NCBI GenBank assembly: GCA_964608275.1
Contig: CAZSNL010000004.1
Location: 8,265 to 72,264, forward strand
DNA length: 64,000 bases
DNA from: an uncultured Hyphomicrobiales bacterium
GTDB lineage: Bacteria > Pseudomonadota > Alphaproteobacteria > Rhizobiales > CAZSNL01
Direction of reading: 5' to 3'
The position numbers and the translations under genes are program-made. This document shows, piece after piece, positions 55,265 through 64,000 of the stretch. Under the pieces are notes generated by a model. It made no database searches. It was not told the origin of the DNA and was given only the letters and a program-made list of their open reading frames with translations. Each line of letters opens with the position of its first letter. The stretch's first letter is position 1.

Positions 55265-56263
55265 ATGCATACCATCAATGAAGCGGACGATCAGATCGTC
55301 CAGGAACTCGAGGCGGCTGCGGCGACGCTAGCGAAGGTGCGCTCGACCATCGGCGAAGTCATCTTCGGCCAGGATCCCGTCATCGACCAGGCCCTGATCG
55401 CGGTTCTGACCGGCGGCCACGCACTGCTCGTGGGCGTTCCCGGCCTTGCCAAGACGAAGCTCGTGGAGACGCTGGCGCGCGTTCTCGGCCTCGATGAAAA
55501 GCGGATTCAGTTCACGCCCGATCTGATGCCGGCCGACATCGTGGGTTCCGAAGTGCTCGAACAGAGCGAGACGGGACGACGAGAGTTCCGGTTTGTCGAG
55601 GGTCCGGTCTTCTGCCAGCTGCTCATGGCCGATGAGATCAATCGTGCCAGCCCAAGGACCCAGTCCGCGCTGTTGCAGGCCATGCAGGAGAAGCACGTGA
55701 CGGTCGCCGGGATACGGTACGATCTGCCGAGGCCATTTCACGTGCTGGCGACGCAGAACCCGCTGGAGCAGGAGGGCACCTACCCGCTGCCCGAGGCCCA
55801 ACTCGATCGGTTCGTCATGCAGATCGACGTACCGTATCCCGACCTCGAGGCGGAACGACGGATGCTGTTCGCGACAACCGGCGTCGAGAGTGCGGAAGTG
55901 CCCGTGGTGATGTCCGCCGAGGCGTTGATGGCCATCCAGCGGCTCATACGCCGCATCCCCGTTGGCGACGCGGTGGTCGAGGCGGTCCTGGAGCTCGTGC
56001 GTTCGGCACGGCCGGAATCGGCAACCGACGACTTCATCTCCGCCAATGTCTCTTGGGGTCCCGGCCCGCGGGCCAGCCAGGCACTCATGCTGGGCGCACG
56101 CGCCCGGTGCCTGATGGATGGCCGGCTTGCTCCGTCGGTGGACGACGTGATCGCGCTCGCCGGCCCGGTCTTGCGTCACCGCATGGCGGTGACCTTTGCG
56201 GCGCGCGCCGACGGCATTTCGCTCGACCAGGTCATTGGCCGATTGTGCGAAAGACTGGACTGA
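55265..56263 (+). CDS. MoxR-family AAA+ ATPase
   Basis: It has Walker A GVPGLAKT, Walker B LLMADEINRASP and ATQNPLEQEGTYPLPEAQLDRF. I chose the ATG at 55265; GTG 55256 is an alternative. Confidence 0.9.
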   Translation: MHTINEADDQIVQELEAAAATLAKVRSTIGEVIFGQDPVIDQALIAVLTGGHALLVGVPGLAKTKLVETLARVLGLDEKRIQFTPDLMPADIVGSEVLEQSETGRREFRFVEGPVFCQLLMADEINRASPRTQSALLQAMQEKHVTVAGIRYDLPRPFHVLATQNPLEQEGTYPLPEAQLDRFVMQIDVPYPDLEAERRMLFATTGVESAEVPVVMSAEALMAIQRLIRRIPVGDAVVEAVLELVRSARPESATDDFISANVSWGPGPRASQALMLGARARCLMDGRLAPSVDDVIALAGPVLRHRMAVTFAARADGISLDQVIGRLCERLD

Positions 56264-56321
56264 GAGGTCCCGACGCATGATTTTCGGAAGGCGCACCGGT
56301 TCTGGCTGCGGCAGGCTGTAG

Positions 56322-57266
56322 ATGGTCTTCGGGCGACAGACGACGGGGACCGCTGAACGCAATACCGCGCTCAGGCTGCGCGATGAGGCAGAGAGGCTCG
56401 GCAACGCGTTTCCACCTCTGCTCGTGGCGGCCGACCACGTCGCCCATACGATCGCTCAGGGTCTGCACGGTCGCCGGCGGGCAGGCGTCGGCGAGGCTTT
56501 CTGGCAGTTTCGCAGCTACGGCCCCGGCGACATGACCAACACCATAGACTGGCGCAAGTCGGCACGGTCTCATCGCATCTACGTGCGGGAAAAGGAGTGG
56601 GAGGCGGCAAGCACCGTCTGGCTCTGGGTCAATCCCTCGCAGACGATGGACTTTCGTTCGCACCTTTCGCGCGTGACAAAGGCGGAGCGTGCGCAGTTGC
56701 TGGCTCTTGCCACGGCTGCCCTTCTGTTGCGGGCGGGAGAGCGCGTCGGCGCGTTCGGCAGCGGTTTCCCCGCATCGGCATCGCGGCCGGCGATGCAGAG
56801 ACTTGCTGCCTACTGGGCCTCGCTCGATCGCACATCCCCTGAAACCGGTGCGCTGCCGCCGCGGATTGCGCTTTCCCGTTTCTCCAACATCGTGCTGTTC
56901 AGCGATTTCCTGCTGCCGGCAAGTGAACTCGGTGATCGACTGGGCGAGATTGCGGCGCGGGACGTGCGGGGTCACCTCGTGCAGGTGCTCGATCCTGCAG
57001 AGGAGACACTGCCCTATGAAGGCCGCACCGAGTTTCAGGATGTGGGCGGCGCACTCAGGCTGACCGTCGGCCGAGCCGAAGCGCTCCGACCGGACTATCA
57101 CCGTCGCGTCATGGAGCATCGCGATCAGTTGCGCGAACTCGTGCGGCGACTTGGCTGGACCATGAGCGTTCACCATACCGACAAGTCCGCCCAGACCGCG
57201 ATCCTTGCGCTGTACGGCCTTTTGTCCGGCCATCTCGCCGCCGCTGCCGGAGCGGTGAACGGATAG
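56322..57266 (+). CDS. DUF58-domain protein (MoxR partner)
   Basis: It has a FRSYGPGD...IDWRKSARSHRIYVRE block, is about 314 aa and lies directly after the MoxR ATPase. Confidence 0.75.
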   Translation: MVFGRQTTGTAERNTALRLRDEAERLGNAFPPLLVAADHVAHTIAQGLHGRRRAGVGEAFWQFRSYGPGDMTNTIDWRKSARSHRIYVREKEWEAASTVWLWVNPSQTMDFRSHLSRVTKAERAQLLALATAALLLRAGERVGAFGSGFPASASRPAMQRLAAYWASLDRTSPETGALPPRIALSRFSNIVLFSDFLLPASELGDRLGEIAARDVRGHLVQVLDPAEETLPYEGRTEFQDVGGALRLTVGRAEALRPDYHRRVMEHRDQLRELVRRLGWTMSVHHTDKSAQTAILALYGLLSGHLAAAAGAVNG

Positions 57267-57270
57267 AACA

Positions 57271-60117
57271 ATGTCGGTATTCGGTGCGGTCGGCTTTGAC
57301 AACGTGCACGCACTGTGGGCGCTTGCATTGCTGCCCGTGATCTGGTGGCTGTTGCGTTTCACGCCTCCGCGACCCGACCAGATCCGGTTTCCGCCCATCC
57401 GCTTCCTTGTCGGGCTCGTTTCGCGCGAGGAAACGCCGCACAAGAGTCCATGGTGGTTGACCGCGTTGCGAACCGTCCTGGCGGGCCTTGTCATCATTGC
57501 CGCCGCGGGCCCGATTCTCGCGCCGCACGTCGATCGGACCCGAGGCAGTGGCGTTCTCGCGATCGTTCTCGACGACGGCTGGGCGGCGGCCGCGGACTGG
57601 CGTGACCGCATGACGGCTCTCGAGAACCTGTTCAGTGCCGCCGAGCGGCAGTCGCGGCCCGTCCTGCTTGCGACCACCTCACCGCAGGTTGCACCGCAAG
57701 CCCTCGGGCCGGTACCGGCTGGCGGGGCGCGCGATCGTGCACAGACGCTCGCGCCGCGTCCCTACGCCCCCGATCGCCTGGCGGTCGCAGAGCAGCTGAG
57801 TACCGCGCTCGCCGATGAGACCGATGTCGAAGTGATCTGGCTATCGGACGGTCTCGATTACGGCGATGCAGACGAGTTCGCACAGCGCCTCACCACAATG
57901 GCCGCGGCTGGCACGGATTTGCATGTCCTGACACCGCAGCCGCATGCTTTGGCAAAGGCCGTCAAGCCGCCTCGGCTGGCTGACGGCGGACTGGAGGTCG
58001 AAGTCGTTCGCGCCACGGCCGGCACACCCGTGCGCGGCACCGTGCGCGCACTCGCGCTCAATGGCCGGGCCCTCGGTGATGCACAATTCGCGTTCGCTGC
58101 CGACGCGACGGAGGCCACGGCCCGGCTGGAACTGCCTCTCGCACTGCGGAACGAAATCGCCCGTCTCGAGGTCCTGGATGCGAACCATGCCGGAGCCGTC
58201 TATCTCGTCGACGACAGATGGCGGCGCAAGACGGTGGGTCTCGTGACCGGTGTCTCGGATGAACTCGCCCAGCCGCTGCTCTCGCCGCTCTACTACGTCG
58301 AGCGGGCGCTGCAGCCGTACGCGGAAATCCCCCATTTTGCCGACACAGAAGGGACCAGCCGCGTGCGCCAGCTGCTGGAAGGTGGACTGTCGGTTCTGGT
58401 GCTGGCCGATGTCGGCCAGCTCAACGAGCTCGACCGGGAAGCCGTTTCCAGGTGGGTTGAAGCCGGCGGCGTGCTGGTGCGGTTTGCAGGCCCGCGGGTT
58501 GCTGGCGCGCGTGACGATCTGCTGCCGGTCCGGCTACGTGTCGGCAATCGCATGCTCGGCGGGGCGCTGTCATGGACCGAACCGCAACCGCTCAGTCCGT
58601 TCGAGGAGGACAGCCCGTTCCACGGCCTGACCGTACCGGCGGATGTGACGGTGAACCGGCAGGTTCTCGCCGAACCGGGGGCCGAGCTGTCGGCACGCAC
58701 CTGGGCCCGGCTCGCCGACGGCACGCCGCTCGTGACCGCCGGTACGCGCGGCAGCGGTTACCTGGTCCTGTTCCACGTGCCGGCGAGCCCCGGCTGGTCG
58801 AATCTGCCGATGTCGGGCCTGTTCGTCGAGATGCTGCGGCGTATCGTCGACATGTCGCAGGGTACCGGAGGGGCGACGGAAGAGGGTGCGGCGGCATTCT
58901 TGAATGCGGGGCGGGCCTATGCGCCGGTCAGCGTGCTCGACGGGTTCGGGCGCTCAGTCGGTCCCGACGGCGCCGCATCACCGATCATGGCCTCTGAATT
59001 CGAGACCGCAATACCGGGACCGCGCCATCCCCCGGGGCTCTATCGCCGCGGCGCGCATACGCGCGCTCTGAACATCGGCACGGATGACATGGTCCTGAAG
59101 CCGCTGGGCGAGCTGCCATCGGGTGCCGTACGTGGCGCTTACGAGACGGCGCCCGAGCGGCCCCTGCGTGGCCTGCTGCTGATAGCGGCGCTCGTGTTCC
59201 TGTTCATCGACGGGATTGCGGTGCTGGCGATCTCTGGACGGCTTGCCGGCCTGACGCGGCGCGGTGCAGTGGCCGGTGCCGTCGGACTCGCGCTGCTCGT
59301 CGGGTGGGATGCGGTGCCTGCCGGAGCACAGCCGGCGGAAGAGCAGCAATCTGCGACGTCAGACGAATTCGCGCTCGCGGCCTCGCTCGAGACGCGGCTT
59401 GCCTACGTGATCACCGGCAACAGCCGTGTCGACGACATCAGCCTCGCCGGTCTCACCGGCCTAAGCAACGTGCTCAACGAGCGCACCGCGCTCGAACCAG
59501 CCGCGCCCATCGGCATCGACGTCGAGCGGGACGAACTGGTCTTCTTCCCCCTGATCTACTGGCCGGTCCTTCCCGAAACGCCGGTGCCGTCGGCCGAGGC
59601 CGTGGCCAGACTGGACTCCTACCTGAAACACGGCGGTACCATCCTGTTCGACACCCGCGATCCCGATGAGCCGCTGCCGTCCCTGTCACCCGATGACGCA
59701 ACGCCATCGGTGCAGTCGTTGCGGCGGATCCTGTCGAACCTCGACGTGCCGCCGCTAGAGGTCGTGCCGCCGGATCATGTGCTCACCAAGGCATTCTACC
59801 TGCTGCAGACGTTCCCCGGGCGGTGGGCCAACGGCCGCCTGTGGGTCGAAGCCGCTCCTGAGGCGAGGGCAGGGGGTGAGTCCGGCAGCACCAACTACGA
59901 TGGGGTTTCCTCCATCATCATCGGATCGAACGACTATGCCGCCGCATGGGCCGTCGGCCCGATGGGGCAACCGTTGCTGCCCACGGTCCCCGGGGGACAG
60001 CGCCAGCGCGAACTTGCGTACCGCAGCGGTGTCAACATCGTGATGTACGCGCTCACCGGCAACTACAAGGCCGACCAGGTGCACGTGCCGGCGCTGCTGG
60101 AACGGCTGGGCCAGTAG
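57271..60117 (+). CDS. Large membrane-anchored protein: BatA-type N-terminal double-TM domain plus C-terminal DUF4159-like domain
   Basis: The N-terminus LWALALLPVIWWLLRFTPPRP resembles the aerotolerance-regulator N-terminal motif. The C-terminal GSNDYAAAWA...NIVMYALTGNYKADQVHV resembles DUF4159. Size is 948 aa. Confidence 0.7.
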   Translation: MSVFGAVGFDNVHALWALALLPVIWWLLRFTPPRPDQIRFPPIRFLVGLVSREETPHKSPWWLTALRTVLAGLVIIAAAGPILAPHVDRTRGSGVLAIVLDDGWAAAADWRDRMTALENLFSAAERQSRPVLLATTSPQVAPQALGPVPAGGARDRAQTLAPRPYAPDRLAVAEQLSTALADETDVEVIWLSDGLDYGDADEFAQRLTTMAAAGTDLHVLTPQPHALAKAVKPPRLADGGLEVEVVRATAGTPVRGTVRALALNGRALGDAQFAFAADATEATARLELPLALRNEIARLEVLDANHAGAVYLVDDRWRRKTVGLVTGVSDELAQPLLSPLYYVERALQPYAEIPHFADTEGTSRVRQLLEGGLSVLVLADVGQLNELDREAVSRWVEAGGVLVRFAGPRVAGARDDLLPVRLRVGNRMLGGALSWTEPQPLSPFEEDSPFHGLTVPADVTVNRQVLAEPGAELSARTWARLADGTPLVTAGTRGSGYLVLFHVPASPGWSNLPMSGLFVEMLRRIVDMSQGTGGATEEGAAAFLNAGRAYAPVSVLDGFGRSVGPDGAASPIMASEFETAIPGPRHPPGLYRRGAHTRALNIGTDDMVLKPLGELPSGAVRGAYETAPERPLRGLLLIAALVFLFIDGIAVLAISGRLAGLTRRGAVAGAVGLALLVGWDAVPAGAQPAEEQQSATSDEFALAASLETRLAYVITGNSRVDDISLAGLTGLSNVLNERTALEPAAPIGIDVERDELVFFPLIYWPVLPETPVPSAEAVARLDSYLKHGGTILFDTRDPDEPLPSLSPDDATPSVQSLRRILSNLDVPPLEVVPPDHVLTKAFYLLQTFPGRWANGRLWVEAAPEARAGGESGSTNYDGVSSIIIGSNDYAAAWAVGPMGQPLLPTVPGGQRQRELAYRSGVNIVMYALTGNYKADQVHVPALLERLGQ

Positions 60118-60119
60118 CC

Positions 60120-62201
60120 ATGGGCTGGTCGGTCACCTTTGCGCCGCTGGTGCCGGTCGCGGTGATTGTCGTCCTCGCCGCGGCGGGCATGGCGATGGGG
60201 ATCTTCAGCCTCGTCGTGCGCGCCCGCGGCGCGACATTGCGGACGCTTGCCATGGCGGCGCTGGTCCTTGCCCTGCTCAACCCGGTGGTGCGGGACGAGG
60301 AACGCGAGAACCTCACCGACATTGCCGTCGTGGTGGTCGACCGGAGCGCCAGCCAGCAGCTTGCTTCTCGGCCGGGACGCACGGAGGCAGCGCTGGAAGA
60401 TCTGTCGCGCCAGCTTGAGCGTATCCCCAACCTGGAGGTCAGGCAGGTGGTCGAGGCGGCGGGCAGCCATCCGACCGAGGGCGGCACGATGCTGTTCTCG
60501 CGCCTGTTCGCCGAACTTGCCGACGTGCCGCCCGAGCGGTTTGCCGGTGCCGTGATGATCACTGACGGGCGCGTCCACGACATCCCCGGCTCGTTTGCGG
60601 AAAGCGGTTACAGTGGCCCGGTCCACGCGCTGATCACCGGCGACCGGAACGAGCGGGACCGGCGGCTGATCATCGAACGTGCCCCGCGCTATGGCATCGT
60701 CGGGCAGAGTCAGCCGATGACGTTCCGTATCGAAGACGATCACGCCGAGGCGGGTGCGCGTGCCCGCGTGACCGTTTCCACCGACGGCGGCGAGCCCGCG
60801 GAAATCGATGTGCCGATCGGGGTGACCGTCGAATATCCGATCGAAATTGAGCACGGCGGCCCCACGGTGACCGAGATTGCCGTGTCGCCGGCCGAGGGCG
60901 AGCTCAGCCAGCACAACAATCGCGCGGTGATCACGACGGACGGTATCCGTGATCGCCTCCGTGTGCTTCTGGTGTCGGGTCAACCGCACCCCGGCGAACG
61001 CACATGGCGCAATCTGCTGAAGGCGGATGCGGCGGTCGACCTCGTTCACTTCACCATCCTGCGGCCGCCGGAAAAGCAGGACGGGACGCCGATCGGCGAG
61101 CTCTCGCTCATCGCCTTCCCGACCCGCGAACTGTTCTCGGTCAAGCTGGAGGAGTTCGATCTGGTCATATTCGACCGCTACCAGCACCGGGGAATCCTGC
61201 CGCTGATCTATCTGTCGAACGTGGCCGATTATGTCGAGAAGGGCGGCGCGGTGCTGATCGCCGCAGACCCGTCGTTTGCCGGGCCGATGAGCCTCTATCG
61301 CACCCCGATCTCGACCATCGTTCCAAGCGTGCCGACCGGGGAGGTCACCGTCGAACCGTTCCGGCCGCTCATCACCGAGCAGGGGAAGCGGCACCCGGTC
61401 ACCCGCGATCTGCCGGGTGCCGCCAGCGATCCGCCTGATTGGGGTCGTTGGTTCCGGATCATCGACGTCGAAGAGCCGAGCGGCCATGTGGTCATGTCGG
61501 GGCCGGGCGACAAGCCGCTGATGATCCTCGACCGGCGCGGCGAGGGGCGCGTCGCCCAGCTGCTCTCCGATCATGCCTGGCTGTGGACCCGGGGATACGA
61601 GGGTGGCGGCCCGCAGGCCGAGCTGTTGCGAAGGCTCGCACACTGGCTGATGAAAGAGCCGGATCTCGAGGAGGAAGCGCTGACGGCGGCCGCGGACGGC
61701 CGTGCCCTCGTGGTTATGCGCCGTTCGATGGAGGACGACGTGGCCCCCGTCACCATCACCTCGCCATCGGGCGCCGAGGAGACCGTTACCCTGACCCCGG
61801 CCGGCCCGGGCCAGTGGCAGGCGCGCGTCGAGACCCGCGAAGTCGGCGTCTACCGGCTTGACGACGGCACCCTCAAGGCGATTGCCGCGGTGGGTCCGGC
61901 GGATGATCGCGAGATGCGCGACGTGAGGGCGAGCGGAGAGCCGGTAAGGCCCATAGTCGAGGAGACCGGTGGCGGGCTGTTCTGGATCGCCGACGGCCGG
62001 CCGGCGGAGGCAGTCGAAGTGCCGCGGGTACGCACGCTTGATCCGGGGCGGCGGATGGCCGGCAACGGCTGGCTCGGGCTGAAGCGCAACGACGCATACA
62101 TTGTCCGGGCGGTGGTCGATCTGCCGCTGTTTTCAACGTTGCTTGCCCTCGCAGTACTGCTGGGGCTCCTCGGCTCCACCTGGTACCGCGAAGGCCGCTG
62201 A
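60120..62201 (+). CDS. Conserved membrane protein, fourth gene of the MoxR/DUF58/BatA-type operon
   Basis: ORF 59946..62201; I chose the ATG at 60120, 3 nt after the upstream stop. It has two N-terminal TM helices, a large soluble body and a C-terminal TM helix (LPLFSTLLALAVLLGLLG). Confidence 0.6.
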   Translation: MGWSVTFAPLVPVAVIVVLAAAGMAMGIFSLVVRARGATLRTLAMAALVLALLNPVVRDEERENLTDIAVVVVDRSASQQLASRPGRTEAALEDLSRQLERIPNLEVRQVVEAAGSHPTEGGTMLFSRLFAELADVPPERFAGAVMITDGRVHDIPGSFAESGYSGPVHALITGDRNERDRRLIIERAPRYGIVGQSQPMTFRIEDDHAEAGARARVTVSTDGGEPAEIDVPIGVTVEYPIEIEHGGPTVTEIAVSPAEGELSQHNNRAVITTDGIRDRLRVLLVSGQPHPGERTWRNLLKADAAVDLVHFTILRPPEKQDGTPIGELSLIAFPTRELFSVKLEEFDLVIFDRYQHRGILPLIYLSNVADYVEKGGAVLIAADPSFAGPMSLYRTPISTIVPSVPTGEVTVEPFRPLITEQGKRHPVTRDLPGAASDPPDWGRWFRIIDVEEPSGHVVMSGPGDKPLMILDRRGEGRVAQLLSDHAWLWTRGYEGGGPQAELLRRLAHWLMKEPDLEEEALTAAADGRALVVMRRSMEDDVAPVTITSPSGAEETVTLTPAGPGQWQARVETREVGVYRLDDGTLKAIAAVGPADDREMRDVRASGEPVRPIVEETGGGLFWIADGRPAEAVEVPRVRTLDPGRRMAGNGWLGLKRNDAYIVRAVVDLPLFSTLLALAVLLGLLGSTWYREGR

Positions 62202-62708
62202 GTCCCGGCTGTCCGCGCGGCCGACGGGGCCGCGTATCCCGGCCATGGCGCCCGGTACCAGTTCCAGCATCAGCAATCTCGCAGGGTCGAACGGGCCGGG
62301 CAGCGTCAGCGTCCCCTCCGGCACCTGCCGGAACCCGACGCGGCTGTAGTAGGGCAGGTCGCCGACCAGGATCACCCGCTCGTGGCCGCGCGCCCGCGCA
62401 TTCGCCAGCGATTGCCGCATCAGATGGATCCCGCAGCCGCGGCCCCGCATTTCCGGATCGACCGCCAGTGGGCCCAACAGGAGTGCCGGCCATCGCCTGT
62501 CGATGACGACCGGCCAGAAGCGGACGGTGCCGACGAGACGGCCATCCAGCCAGCCCGTCAGGGCGAGGTCACGCAACGGGGCAATCCCGTCGCGGAACCT
62601 GTATGAGGTCTTGTTGTGCCGATCATGGCCGAATGCCCTGTCTAGGAGAGCCTCGATGGCGTAGGCGTCTTCATCCCGTTCGGGATAGTATTCGAATGAG
62701 TGCTGCAT
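62133..62708 (-). CDS. GNAT-family N-acetyltransferase
   Basis: It has an acetyl-CoA motif, LAVDPEMRGRGCGIHLMRQSL. The last ~25 aa overlap the convergent upstream gene by 69 nt and may be a non-conserved tail. Confidence 0.75.
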   Translation of the reverse strand: MQHSFEYYPERDEDAYAIEALLDRAFGHDRHNKTSYRFRDGIAPLRDLALTGWLDGRLVGTVRFWPVVIDRRWPALLLGPLAVDPEMRGRGCGIHLMRQSLANARARGHERVILVGDLPYYSRVGFRQVPEGTLTLPGPFDPARLLMLELVPGAMAGIRGPVGRADSRDSAAFAVPGGAEEPQQYCEGKQR

Positions 62709-63044
62709 GACAGTTCAGGCGTGTTCGATCAGGTTTGCCGGTGGCGCCCCACCGGCCAACCCTCGATCAACGCATGAACGTCGAGCAGGCAGCCCGGTGG
62801 AGCAGGGGAAGGCGGACGCCTCGCACGGGCGTCGTCCCCGATCGTCGTCGCAACCTCTGGACAGGGTTCGTCATCAAATGGCGCTCCACCGAAGAGGGCG
62901 CGCTAATAGCACGGCGCTCTCCCGTCGTCTACTGCCATCACCGCCGGCAAAGCGGGGCGATGCGCAGATTGCCGGGCATCTGGGGACCATCGTGGCGCAG
63001 GTCAAGCTCGCGGGCGGATCTGCAACGGGCGAAAGAGCCGCCTG

Positions 63045-63512
63045 CTACCACTCCGCCGCCGGCGGCAGCTCTTCCAGGAGCTCCCGGATCCGCCGCCGGG
63101 TGCCCCCGGTAGTGCCTTCCGGCAGCGAATCGGCGGCGAAGAATCCATGTTCGGCAATCTCCAGCGACCTCCGTGGCTGCTGGCGCCAGCCATCGATCGC
63201 GAACAGCGCCACGTGGTCGCCGGGAAACAGCCGGAAGTTCGCAAAGACCGAGATCAGCCTTGGCGTCGTCTTGAAAGAGATGCCCGCCTCTTCCGACATT
63301 TCCCGGGCGAGCGCCTGAACCAGGGTTTCCCCGCGCTCGACGCCGCCGCCGGGAAACGTCCATCCGGGCGCGTAGCTGTGTCGGACGAGGAGGAACCGGC
63401 CATCGTCATCGCGGCACATGCCGCGCACGCCGAACGTGAGGCCGCGGGTCAGCCGCCAGTAGGGCTGCAACAGGAGACGGTGGATGGTGTCGAATGCGTA
63501 TGATCGCGCCAT
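63045..63512 (-). CDS. NUDIX hydrolase
   Basis: ORF 63045..63605; I chose the ATG at 63512, which lies after GGAGGAGG. The NUDIX box is GGGVERGETLVQALAREMSEEAGI. Confidence 0.8.
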   Translation of the reverse strand: MARSYAFDTIHRLLLQPYWRLTRGLTFGVRGMCRDDDGRFLLVRHSYAPGWTFPGGGVERGETLVQALAREMSEEAGISFKTTPRLISVFANFRLFPGDHVALFAIDGWRQQPRRSLEIAEHGFFAADSLPEGTTGGTRRRIRELLEELPPAAEW

Positions 63513-63567
63513 CGACCTCCTCCGTCGCGGTGGCGCCGACCTGCGATCGGTCGCCGTGTCGGTGACG

Positions 63568-64000
63568 TCAGGCGGCGTCGGCCTTGTTGGCCTGTGCCGT
63601 GGCATAGGATCGTGTACGCTCGTTCCCCACGCGGGCGGCGACCGCCCTGATTACTTCGGCCAGGCGGGCGATTTCGGTGTCCGGCATCGACTGGTAGCAC
63701 GGCACCACGATCAGGTCCGACAGTGCCTGGGCGGCGCGGTGCGGTTCCAGTTCCGGTCGATCCGAAGGGGCTTCGACCGCCTGCGAACGCGGCAGGTTGG
63801 AGCAGTCGAACCCGGCCTCACGGAGGGCGGAAATGTAGGCCTGGATGTCATCGACGAGGACTGGGAAAACCCAGTAGTCATGATGGGCGCTGGCCTGCGC
63901 CGGCACGACGACGGCATCGCCGATGAGCGAGCGGAGCCGGCGGCCCTTTTCGGCACGCGCCTCGAGTGTTTCGGGAGAGAATGTCTCGATGCGCCTCTTC
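63568..64000 (-). CDS. C-terminal fragment of a probable PLP-dependent (DegT/aminotransferase-fold) enzyme, truncated by the window edge
   Basis: The reading frame stays open from 64000 down to the stop at 63568 (…IGDAVVVPAQASAHHDYWVFPVLV…). The C-terminal pattern resembles sugar aminotransferase small domains. Only about 143 aa are visible. Confidence 0.4.
   Translation of the reverse strand, partial: KRRIETFSPETLEARAEKGRRLRSLIGDAVVVPAQASAHHDYWVFPVLVDDIQAYISALREAGFDCSNLPRSQAVEAPSDRPELEPHRAAQALSDLIVVPCYQSMPDTEIARLAEVIRAVAARVGNERTRSYATAQANKADAA

Noticed and set aside
62709-63044. A 337-bp GNAT/NUDIX intergenic region with ORFs 62707..63318(+) and 62735..63112(+), plus an 8-bp-stem hairpin (GCCGGTGG-CGCC-CCACCGGC, 62737-62756). 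I considered it as a small gene or riboswitch.
   Set aside because: The ORF products are Arg/Pro-rich shadows that overlap the NUDIX gene. The hairpin has no U-tract, and I recognise no riboswitch consensus. GC-rich hairpins of this size are common by chance. It may simply be the GNAT 5' leader.
1-64000. A scan for tRNA, rRNA, tmRNA, SRP RNA, CRISPR repeats, IS elements, integrases and toxin-antitoxin or defence-type genes.
   Set aside because: I saw no T-loop/acceptor-type patterns, no regularly spaced repeats, no transposase- or recombinase-like translations and no recognisable defence domains. This was an unaided visual scan, so small ncRNAs could have been missed.

Overview
The window is a 64-kb, high-GC, gene-dense chromosomal segment. 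The gene order uvrC-pgsA-moaD, the MoxR/DUF58/BatA-type operon and the many TRAP and Liv transporters look alphaproteobacterial. I support about 61 protein-coding genes. I found no rRNA, tRNA, CRISPR array, transposase or integrase by eye.

Functional blocks, left to right:
1. A periplasmic Cys-type formate dehydrogenase operon: small Tat protein, alpha, beta, gamma, and a small TM peptide.
2. A small polysaccharide locus: kpsT-kpsE without kpsM, two glycosyltransferases and a PAPS-type sulfotransferase.
3. An orphan periplasmic binding protein plus ccdA.
4. A TAXI-TRAP transporter, a PaaI thioesterase, phnN and a DMT transporter.
5. An 8-gene minus-strand operon joining a Liv-type ABC importer to an SDR, an LLM monooxygenase and RidA.
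6. A hydantoinase A/B, IclR, DctPQM and cupin catabolic block.
7. An HPF-cold-shock-domain fusion.
8. A cytochrome c / PQQ sugar dehydrogenase / TMEM220 operon, divergent from a three-gene, translationally coupled eboD-like/eboE/eboC cluster.
9. An L,D-transpeptidase.
10. A roughly 0.6-kb islet of about 51% GC that encodes a protein made of three 45-aa repeats.
11. A run of housekeeping genes: moaD, pgsA, uvrC, two folB paralogs with an SDR, a lone XDH-family Mo subunit, and the chain cca, small TM protein, CoA pyrophosphatase, DUF1285.
12. A four-gene MoxR / DUF58 / BatA_N-DUF4159 / membrane-protein operon.
13. A GNAT, a NUDIX hydrolase and a truncated PLP-enzyme gene at the right edge.

The most interesting candidates are:
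- the reduced and rearranged ebo-type cluster with its divergent periplasmic redox partner operon;
- the low-GC repeat-protein islet with structured upstream DNA, sitting where moaE would be expected;
- a roughly 115-aa low-complexity insert inside the formate dehydrogenase catalytic subunit;
- the capsule-associated sulfotransferase.

All calls come from reading the translated ORFs and the DNA. No searches were run. Start codons are my own choices and may differ from the ORF track.
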